From the NCBI GenBank assembly GCA_036446035.1, contig JAZFSG010000078.1:2674-66673 (forward strand): a stretch of DNA of 64,000 bases, given 5' to 3'. The notes under the pieces were generated by a model that saw nothing but the letters and a program-made list of their open reading frames with translations, ran no database searches and was not told the DNA's origin. This DNA comes from Acidimicrobiia bacterium (GTDB lineage: Bacteria > Actinomycetota > Acidimicrobiia > Spongiisociales > JAOTWH01). Positions 48,786 to 59,185 of the stretch are shown here, piece by piece (position 1 is the first letter of the stretch; each line of letters opens with the position of its first letter). A program made the position numbers and the translations under genes.

Positions 48786-49606
48786 ACGTCCCTGCGGCGC
48801 AGCGCCTCTTCGTAGAGGCCACGCCGAGGAACGCCGTCAGTCTCTGCTATCTCTCTCACAGCCTCGGCAAACGCCTCGCCGCCGGCAACGAGATCGAGAA
48901 CCCTCGCTGCAGACGCTTCCAGATCGGCCGCCTCCTCGGGATGGCCCGCGATCACAACCGTGAATTCGCCACGGCCGCCCTCAGCCCAATGAGCTGCCGC
49001 TTCTGCCGCCGACCCCCGCCACACCTCCTCGTACATCTTGGTGAGTTCTCTGGCAACGACCACGTTGCGGTCAGGGTCGATAGCCGCGATGTCGGCGAGG
49101 TCGCGGCCGATTCGCGATGGCGAGGCGAACAGCACCGTCGTCTCTGTCCGCGGCGCGACGGCGGCTAGGCGCTTTCGGCGCGCAGAGCCTCTCCGCGGCA
49201 GGAAGCCCTCGAAGGTGAAGCGCTCGGCGGGGAGGCCGGCGACCGCGAGCGCCGCCGTCACCGCGCTCGGTCCCGGAACCACCGTGACCGTGGCCCCTGC
49301 CTCGATCGCGCTCTTCACGGCAAGGAAGCCGGGGTCCGACAGTGCCGGGGTTCCGGCGTCTGTCAGCAAGGCAACGGTTTCCCCCGACTCCAGCCTCTCC
49401 CTGATCTCGGTGCTCCGCTGCTCCTCGTTGCCGGCGAAGAACGAGCGCATGGTCGGATTCGCTCCGAGGTGCTTGGCCAGCGCACTCGAGCGCCTGGTGT
49501 CCTCGGCATAGACGACATCGGCAGTTCGCAGGGCCTCGCCGAGACGCGGTGGAGCATCACCCAGGTTCCCGATGGGAGTGGCGCACAGGATGAGTGTCCC
49601 GGTCAT
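48782..49606 (-). CDS. rsmI: 16S rRNA (cytidine1402-2'-O)-methyltransferase
   Basis: LCATPIGNLGD, AEDTR, TDAGTPALSDPG. Confidence 0.9.
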   Translation of the reverse strand: MTGTLILCATPIGNLGDAPPRLGEALRTADVVYAEDTRRSSALAKHLGANPTMRSFFAGNEEQRSTEIRERLESGETVALLTDAGTPALSDPGFLAVKSAIEAGATVTVVPGPSAVTAALAVAGLPAERFTFEGFLPRRGSARRKRLAAVAPRTETTVLFASPSRIGRDLADIAAIDPDRNVVVARELTKMYEEVWRGSAAEAAAHWAEGGRGEFTVVIAGHPEEAADLEASAARVLDLVAGGEAFAEAVREIAETDGVPRRGLYEEALRRRDV

Positions 49607-49947
49607 CCTGCAACGATAGGAAACAGACGTAGCGCGCTCCCGAGCGCAGGGGCAGAAGCCTCCAGGGGAAGCTCCACGATGTAGCGGGCTCCCTCGAGCC
49701 GCCGAAACGTCCCCGGCAACAGGACAACCGAGCTAACAACGTGCCCAGCGTCGGAAACTCCGATCAGCCTCAGCGGTTCTTGCATGCCTCTTCCATGGAC
49801 GGAGGAGCCCGCCAGCAACAGCCCCCTGCCCGAGGGGCGGGGTCGCAGGCCCCGCCACCGTCGCAACCTGGATCTGGCGACAACCAACGGTGGAGATGCC
49901 CACCTGTGGCCCTCCACCTCGGCGCGGACTACCCTGTCGGTCTTCAT
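49603..49947 (-). CDS. DUF192 (COG1430)-like protein
   Basis: The C-terminal 100 aa fit the DUF192 pattern (RGL...HGRGMQEPL...YIVELP). The stop overlaps the rsmI ATG (ATGA). The start is uncertain (ATG 49947 or GTG 50034). Confidence 0.5.
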   Translation of the reverse strand: MKTDRVVRAEVEGHRWASPPLVVARSRLRRWRGLRPRPSGRGLLLAGSSVHGRGMQEPLRLIGVSDAGHVVSSVVLLPGTFRRLEGARYIVELPLEASAPALGSALRLFPIVAG

Positions 49948-50077
49948 GGCAAAGAAAGCACGACGCAGACGACGCGCCCGCCGCAGCAAGGCAAACCACG
50001 GGCGCCGTCCGAACGCCGGCAGGCGTTGAATCACCGCGCCACCGTAGAGGTGGCGCCCCGCTCCTTCTAGACCTTCG

Positions 50078-51430
50078 TTACGGCGGGTTGAGGGCGCCCG
50101 CCGCCGCCTCGCCGGCTGCCGGGTCGGAGGCAGCGACGAAGACAACGGAATCACCGGACACCTCGACAAAGGCGAAGTCCTCTCCGCTGAATGTTGTAGA
50201 CGAGTCCTCGCCGTCGGTCGGATCGCCGGCGTCCATCGAGTTCGTGGCCAGATCGACGAACGCCTCGGCGACCTCGGTGGCGTCACGATCGGTATCGGCT
50301 CTATACGAGAACAGGAAGATGACGTCCGAGCCGTTGTACAGAACGCGGTAGGTGTCGCCGCCCCAGCCGCCGCCGATCTGAGAGGCTGCTCCCTCGCCGA
50401 TCACCTGGCCGAAGGTCGCCAGCAAACCCAACTCGCCCCATGTTGACTCCTCAACGACCTCGTATCCAGGAGCGACGATCGAGGGCAAGACGACCTGAAC
50501 CGCCGGCTCCTCGTCGAAGTAGGCGGCGGGATGCGCGACGTGCTCCGTCGTCAGCGGCGGCGAGCGCAGGGCTTCGTTGATGCCTTCTATCCCCAGATCC
50601 TCAATGATGTCCAGCACCAACTGGAAGCCAGCCTCATACCTGAAGAGCAACGGCTCAGAGATGACGAACGGTGTTCGATCCAGGACGGTCGAGTCGGACC
50701 CGATGATCTCGGTTCCAAGGGCAACGGCCTCGGAAGGACTGAGGTGGTCGGCGATGTAGACGAACTGGAAGTAGGTCGCCTCGCCCTCGAGCAGCGAGAT
50801 GTAGGCGGAGGCCTCGTCGAGGTGGTCCTCCTCTACCAGCGCCTCCAGACGCTCGCCGACACCGAAGTGCTGGTCGGAGAGAGCATGGATCATCTCATGG
50901 ACGACCGTCGTCTTGGAGAACACTGACAGATTCGCGGTGTCAGCCCGTACCAGGAGCTCCTTTGTCTCGGGCTCATACACGCCAACGACCTGTTCGCTGA
51001 GCAGGTCGGCGTAGACCTCGGCCAGTGGTTGCATGTCGGGGTCGAGCAACCCAAGGAGGTCGAACCAGGCTTCTGTCCACTCCAGCTCCCCGGGCTCCAG
51101 TTCGGCCTCGAAGTCGGCAACGATCCGGGCCGCCAGCTCGGTTTCCGTCAGAAAGACCACGGTCGGTTCTTCGATGAAGGCCAGGCCGCGGATCTCCTCG
51201 GCTATACGGGAGAGAGCATCCACCTCGGCGCGCAGGCTCTCGACCAGTTCCGGGTCGAGTCCGGTGCCCGGCTCAGTCGTCCCGTTCGGTGGCAGAGTCG
51301 TCGCCGACGGAGTCGTCGGGGCCGAAGTTGTGCTCGGCGGCGAAGTCGAGGTCGTCGGTAAAGTCGACGACGAGCATGCCGAGCTCACGACGACGATGAC
51401 CACGAACATGGCAGGGAGACGCCGCAACAT
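50078..51430 (-). CDS. secreted lipoprotein with HExxH metalloprotease-like motif
   Basis: Signal ...VSSAC and a Ser/Thr/Pro linker. VVHEMIHAL. No precise family recognised. Confidence 0.6.
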   Translation of the reverse strand: MLRRLPAMFVVIVVVSSACSSSTLPTTSTSPPSTTSAPTTPSATTLPPNGTTEPGTGLDPELVESLRAEVDALSRIAEEIRGLAFIEEPTVVFLTETELAARIVADFEAELEPGELEWTEAWFDLLGLLDPDMQPLAEVYADLLSEQVVGVYEPETKELLVRADTANLSVFSKTTVVHEMIHALSDQHFGVGERLEALVEEDHLDEASAYISLLEGEATYFQFVYIADHLSPSEAVALGTEIIGSDSTVLDRTPFVISEPLLFRYEAGFQLVLDIIEDLGIEGINEALRSPPLTTEHVAHPAAYFDEEPAVQVVLPSIVAPGYEVVEESTWGELGLLATFGQVIGEGAASQIGGGWGGDTYRVLYNGSDVIFLFSYRADTDRDATEVAEAFVDLATNSMDAGDPTDGEDSSTTFSGEDFAFVEVSGDSVVFVAASDPAAGEAAAGALNPP

Positions 51431-51504
51431 CGAGGCAGGGTAGGAAGCAGCGGTCCCGATCCTGGGCAGGGACGTTGAGTCAGGTAGCAGTTACACTGCT
51501 GCGA

Positions 51505-51596
51505 CGCATTCATCCAGAGCGGTGGAGGGACAGGCCCCTTGAAGCCGCGGCAACCGGTGGGCGACACACGGTGCCAATGCCTGAACGATGAGCTGC
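51505..51596 (+). promoter_or_regulatory. SAM riboswitch (S-box / SAM-I clan) in the metH leader
   Basis: ATCCAGAGCGGTGGAGGGACAGGCCCCTTGAAGCCGCGGCAACC...GGTGCCAATGCC...GATGAG matches the SAM-I core. P1 pairs TTCATC (51509..51514) with GATGAG (51587..51592). Confidence 0.8.
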
Positions 51597-51650
51597 CGAC
51601 GGCGGACTCCGCTCGCGGCGCTCTGAAGCGCGAGAACGACGGAGGTCAGC

Positions 51651-55139
<3,489 letters not shown>

Positions 55140-55180
55140 GCCTGTGACAAAGGGCCCTATTGGCAATCGTCGATGATGGC

Positions 55181-55214
55181 GATACTGCTTGTGAAAAGAT
55201 TCACAAGCAGTATC
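55181..55214. promoter_or_regulatory. perfect 34-bp palindrome (15-4-15) with core TGTGA-N6-TCACA
   Basis: GATACTGCTTGTGAA-AAGA-TTCACAAGCAGTATC. Lies 42 nt after the metH stop and 12 nt before ATG 55226. Confidence 0.6.
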
Positions 55215-55225
55215 CGAGGCCAGCA

Positions 55226-55573
55226 ATGAACGAGCCACGACCACCAGCTTGCAGCGAAGCTGACCTACCGGAGCCCCTGCCCCTCAACGAGGAGCGGCTA
55301 GCAGCGATCGCCAAGGGGTTGGCCCACCCGGCGCGCATCAAGATCATCGAACAGTTCCGGGAGGCCCGGCCCCATATGGCACATGAGGTCTTTGAGGGCT
55401 GCGATCTCGCCCAGTCAACGGTCTCGGAGCATCTACGCATCCTCCGCAAGGCCGACATCCTCTTCGCCACCAAGGACGGGTCCCGAACCTGGTATTGCCT
55501 GCGGCGTTCAGTACTGCGGCAGTTCGCCGATGCCGTGGCGGATCTCACTACCGAATGGGTGATGATCAGCTAG
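55226..55573 (+). CDS. ArsR-family winged-helix transcriptional regulator
   Basis: Track ORF trimmed to ATG 55226. HTH LAQSTVSEHLRILRKADIL. Confidence 0.8.
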   Translation: MNEPRPPACSEADLPEPLPLNEERLAAIAKGLAHPARIKIIEQFREARPHMAHEVFEGCDLAQSTVSEHLRILRKADILFATKDGSRTWYCLRRSVLRQFADAVADLTTEWVMIS

Positions 55574-55604
55574 CCGTAGGGCCCGGAGCCTCCAGGATCA
55601 CTGC

Positions 55605-55622
55605 TTGTGATTGCTTTCACAA
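55605..55622. promoter_or_regulatory. palindrome TTGTGAT-TGCT-TTCACAA (imperfect copy)
   Basis: 6 of 7 arm positions match. The left flank CACTGC resembles site 55181. Confidence 0.45.
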
Positions 55623-55631
55623 CATACCGTG

Positions 55632-55659
55632 CCTACTTGTGAATGTATTCACAAGTAGG
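55632..55659. promoter_or_regulatory. perfect 28-bp palindrome (12-4-12) with core TGTGA-N6-TCACA
   Basis: CCTACTTGTGAA-TGTA-TTCACAAGTAGG. Confidence 0.6.
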
Positions 55660-55714
55660 GCCTTTCGACCCTACCCCGTCCTTCGACGATTGCCGATACT
55701 GCGCTTATTGGACT

Positions 55715-55732
55715 TTGTGAAAGAGTTCACAA
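55715..55732. promoter_or_regulatory. perfect 18-bp palindrome TTGTGAA-AGAG-TTCACAA
   Basis: Lies 30 nt upstream of ATG 55762, whose RBS is AAGGAGG. Confidence 0.55.
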
Positions 55733-55761
55733 GCTTTCCAACATAGGCAAGGAGGCCTTAA

Positions 55762-56472
55762 ATGATGAATCGTCTCAGGATCGTCGGGATCATCCTTCTG
55801 GTCATCGGCGTTCTGTTCATGGTCGGAGGCGGCGTCGCCTTCTCCAAGGTGCAAGACGGCTACGGATCACTGGCAGCATTCAGCGAGGCGCAGGGCGTCG
55901 AACTGAGCTACAACGAAGATGGGCAACTGATTGACCGCGGCACCACCGAAGCTGCCGACGCCATCATGACACTGCTCACCGATGACTGGGGATTCAAGCC
56001 CGTCAGCGGGGATCTTGATCCCAACGACCCGTTGGTCAACACGGCCACCGAGTTCATGTTCCAGATGGCAATAGTCAACTACCACGTGCTGCACGGCACA
56101 CAGAATGTGACGCTCGCCGAAGACGTTGAGTACGAAGGCGAAGTCTTCGCAGCTGGAACGTACGAGGTCGAGGTCGACGGTCGTTACTGGACCGATTTCA
56201 ACCGCAGCCACCCGCTCGAGGGACCGGCACGAGGCCAGGCATGGACCGGCACCGTCCACGGACTCGTCGGTGAACTCGGTGTCGGCACCGTCACCCACTC
56301 AGTCCTACAGATCGGCCTTGGCATCGCAGCCATCCTTGCCGGCATCGGCTTCCTGTCGATCCTGACCGGCGGTGGCCTGGTGTGGGCCAGTCGCTCCAAG
56401 GACACGGGCGTGCCGGGAGTACCCGACACGATCCCCGAGTCGATGAGCAAGTTCGCCAGCACGGAGGCATAA
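55762..56472 (+). CDS. membrane protein with N- and C-terminal TM helices and a ~170-aa extracytoplasmic domain
   Basis: ORF track. AAGGAGG RBS. No family recognised. Confidence 0.6.
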   Translation: MMNRLRIVGIILLVIGVLFMVGGGVAFSKVQDGYGSLAAFSEAQGVELSYNEDGQLIDRGTTEAADAIMTLLTDDWGFKPVSGDLDPNDPLVNTATEFMFQMAIVNYHVLHGTQNVTLAEDVEYEGEVFAAGTYEVEVDGRYWTDFNRSHPLEGPARGQAWTGTVHGLVGELGVGTVTHSVLQIGLGIAAILAGIGFLSILTGGGLVWASRSKDTGVPGVPDTIPESMSKFASTEA

Positions 56473-56588
56473 GACTCCTTGCCGGAGGACGGAAGCCACG
56501 GCTTCCGTCGCAGAGGCCCCTTCGGGGGCCTCTGCCGCGTCTGGGACCAGGCCGCGGTGGGGCACCAGCGGTACACTCTCCCGCCTCC

Positions 56589-56662
56589 GGGGGTGTAGCT
56601 CAGCCCGGCAGAGCACTACGTTCGCAACGTAGGGGTCAGGGGTTCAAATCCCCTCACCTCCA
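56589..56662 (+). tRNA. tRNA-Ala (anticodon CGC)
   Basis: Manual fold: acceptor GGGGGTG/CACCTCC with G3:U70, anticodon loop TTCGCAA, T-loop GGTTCAAATCC. CCA is not encoded. Confidence 0.9.
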
Positions 56663-56664
56663 CA

Positions 56665-56792
56665 GAAACAGAGCCGTCCTTGCGCAGCAGGGACGGCTTC
56701 TTGTCTCTCCCCCCAGAGGGGGGGAGTCCCGGGCCGAAGGCCCGTGGGAGGGGGGCTTGGAAACAGAGCCGTCCTTGCGCAGCAGGGACGGC
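56665..56792 (+). repeat. 33-bp direct repeat x2 (period 95 bp), each containing a GCCGTCC/GGACGGC hairpin
   Basis: 56665..56697 equals 56760..56792 (GAAACAGAGCCGTCCTTGCGCAGCAGGGACGGC). The spacer holds two G/C-rich hairpins. Confidence 0.9.
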
Positions 56793-56799
56793 CTTTTTT
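56768..56799 (+). terminator. rho-independent terminator (second hairpin copy + T6)
   Basis: GCCGTCC-loop-GGACGGC followed by CTTTTTT. Confidence 0.6.
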
Positions 56800-56853
56800 C
56801 TGCTCGGACTCTGCCTTGGGAAGCGTTCTTATGGCGGCGATGTTGCAGAGAGC

Positions 56854-58035
56854 GTGAAGTCCTTCGCCGTGATCGCAGTCCTGGCCGGTGTCGTGATCCT
56901 GGCGGCCTGCAGCGATACGACTTCGACAACAACGGCGCCGACGACAACTACTACTACTACTACCACCACACCGCCACCAGCGCCGGAGCCGGCACGAGCT
57001 CCTTTGCCGCCGCCAGTCGATCTCTCAGTCCACATCGTGGCATTAGAGGACGTCTACCTCGACACGTTCGGCTCCGGTGCGCTGCCGCTCTCGGAGTCGA
57101 ACCTGGAGATACGCGAGGCGCTTATCGACGCCATCCCCCCGCTCGACCGCCCTGTCTACGAGTCGGCGGCAGAAGCGTTTTGGCTCGCCGACGATGACCT
57201 CGTCCTCGGATACCTCGGCGACCGGGCATACGCGTACCCGATCCGGATCCTCAACTTCCACGAGATCGTCAACGATGAGATCGACGGGGTGCCGGTGCTT
57301 GTCAGCTATTGCCCACTGTGCCGGAGCGGCGTCGTCTTCGATCGCCGACTCGGCGACCAGGTGCTGACCTTCGGCAACACCAGCGCCCTCTACGACTCAG
57401 ATCTAGTGATGTTCGACCGCCAGACGGGGACCTATTGGTGGCAGGTGCCCGGAAGGGGAATCGTTGGCACACTTAGCGGTGAGGAATTGACCGCACTTCC
57501 CTCGGTTACAACTACCTGGGCGGTGTGGAAGACGACCTACCCCGACACCGTTGTCCTGAGCAGAGAGACTGGATTCACTCGACCCTACGACCGCGACCCG
57601 TTCGTGGGCTACGCCGAGAGTCTCGATAGCGGAAGCTTCCCATTCCCAGTGTCCGCCGCAGCCACCGACGACCGCCTTCGAGCCGCTGAGGTGGTTCTTG
57701 GTGTCGCCATCGCCGGCAGCCATCGCGTCTATCCGCTCGGCATCCTCGGCGACGCTGCTTTCAACGACGAGATCGAGGGAACGCCGCTGGTCATTCTCTC
57801 CCGCCTCGCCGGACCGTCCGGGGCTGCCTACTCGGCTGTGATCGGCAACCGCCAGTTGACGTTCGAGACCCGAGACGGTGAGGTCTTCGACCTAGAGACG
57901 GACAGCCGCTGGACCTTCGGTGGACTCGCAGTTGAAGGCGAACTGGCTGGAGAAACGCTGGAGGCCCTCCCTAGCCGCACGACCTTCTGGTTCGCATACG
58001 TGGCCGCCTTCCCCGAGGCGACGATCGGGGGTTGA
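56854..58035 (+). CDS. DUF3179 domain lipoprotein
   Basis: Trimmed to GTG 56854. Signal ...ILAAC and a poly-Thr/Pro linker. AYPIRILNFHEIVND...SYCPLCRSG...LYDSDLVMFDRQTGTYW. Confidence 0.75.
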   Translation: MKSFAVIAVLAGVVILAACSDTTSTTTAPTTTTTTTTTTPPPAPEPARAPLPPPVDLSVHIVALEDVYLDTFGSGALPLSESNLEIREALIDAIPPLDRPVYESAAEAFWLADDDLVLGYLGDRAYAYPIRILNFHEIVNDEIDGVPVLVSYCPLCRSGVVFDRRLGDQVLTFGNTSALYDSDLVMFDRQTGTYWWQVPGRGIVGTLSGEELTALPSVTTTWAVWKTTYPDTVVLSRETGFTRPYDRDPFVGYAESLDSGSFPFPVSAAATDDRLRAAEVVLGVAIAGSHRVYPLGILGDAAFNDEIEGTPLVILSRLAGPSGAAYSAVIGNRQLTFETRDGEVFDLETDSRWTFGGLAVEGELAGETLEALPSRTTFWFAYVAAFPEATIGG

Positions 58036-58081
58036 TCAAGGAGCCTCGCTCCTCTCGGCGCCTCTTGCTACTTTGGTTCCG

Positions 58082-59185
58082 ATGTCACGCCGAATCGACA
58101 GGCTCCGCCCTGTTCTCCTGCTTCGGGGCCTGCGGGCAAGACGGGAACAGCCCGATCTCGCCGGGCTTGCCGCCGAGACCGACCCTCAGGCCTTCGTGTG
58201 GCAGATCCTGCCCCACGCCGCCCGCAGTTTCGCCACCAGCATCGTTGTGCTGCCGAAGGCACACGCTCTGGCAGCTGCTGTCGCCTACCTGTACTGCCGC
58301 ATGCTCGACACATACGAGGACCTGCTTCCCTCCAAGACGGCGAGACCGGAGGCGCTCCGTCTTTTCGCTCGCCGCTTCGAGCTCGATCCCATTCCAGCCG
58401 CCTCCCCGATAGATGACACTTTGGCGCGAGACGAAAGGGATCTGCTTGGCTTGCTCCTCGTGAATCGTTGCCACCTCGTCGACGAGGTACTGGACACACT
58501 TCCCGTTGCTACCAGGGAGTCCATCGCTCGGCTGGTCTCTTCCATGGCCGAGGGCATGGCGCAGTCTGTTGACACCTTCGAGCGCCAGGGCGGTGTGCTG
58601 ATCGATGCCGAGCAGGTCGCTCAGTACAGCCATCACGTCATCGGCAACCCAGCCCTCTTCGTTCTGACGCTCCTGAGTGAGGGGACGCCCACCCCCGCTC
58701 AGGAAGGGGATGCGCTGATGGTGAGCGAGATGATCCAACTGGCCAACATCACTCGGGACATCGAGAAGGATCTCCACCGGGGCGTCGGCTACCACCACAC
58801 TCTCAAGCCGTTTCTCAACGCCACCGGCGACGCCACCCAGCGACGAGAGGTGGTCCGACGAGTGCGGGAGGAGTACCTCGGCCACGCCCTGGCGGCTGTT
58901 CCCGCCTACCGGCGCCTCTTCGATGGGTCGTCGGCACGTTTGACTCCCGGGACGAGAATGGCGGCAGTTCTGATGATGCTGCACACCGACCAGCACTATC
59001 AGCGATGCGCCGTCATGACAGGCCATGAGACGTGGGGCCGGCGGCGCGGCAAGGTGCGCACGACGGCAGCCGCCCTGCCCGCCCTCCTGTCTGTGGCCGG
59101 GGCGCGCCGGACGCTGTTGAGAATCGAGAACGACTTCCTCGAGGCCGCAGCAAGACAGCGGGCACGAGCCGGGGCCGCTACCTAG
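58082..59185 (+). CDS. squalene/phytoene synthase family protein
   Basis: Trimmed to ATG 58082. Asp-rich motifs YCRMLDTYED and ANITRDIEKD. Confidence 0.75.
   Translation: MSRRIDRLRPVLLLRGLRARREQPDLAGLAAETDPQAFVWQILPHAARSFATSIVVLPKAHALAAAVAYLYCRMLDTYEDLLPSKTARPEALRLFARRFELDPIPAASPIDDTLARDERDLLGLLLVNRCHLVDEVLDTLPVATRESIARLVSSMAEGMAQSVDTFERQGGVLIDAEQVAQYSHHVIGNPALFVLTLLSEGTPTPAQEGDALMVSEMIQLANITRDIEKDLHRGVGYHHTLKPFLNATGDATQRREVVRRVREEYLGHALAAVPAYRRLFDGSSARLTPGTRMAAVLMMLHTDQHYQRCAVMTGHETWGRRRGKVRTTAAALPALLSVAGARRTLLRIENDFLEAAARQRARAGAAT

Noticed and set aside
51611-51636. CTCGCG...CGCGAG hairpin after the riboswitch, considered as an intrinsic terminator.
   Set aside because: No U-tract follows it (AACGACGG). 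It is more likely part of a translational expression platform.
56665-56792. The 33-bp direct repeats, considered as a CRISPR-like array.
   Set aside because: There are only two copies, the spacer is itself hairpin-rich, and no cas genes are present.
56920-56990. ACN/CCN codon-repeat region (poly-Thr/Pro), considered as a DNA repeat or contingency locus.
   Set aside because: It is simply the low-complexity linker after a lipoprotein signal peptide. Similar linkers occur in four other lipoproteins here (11441, 27172, 50078 and others).
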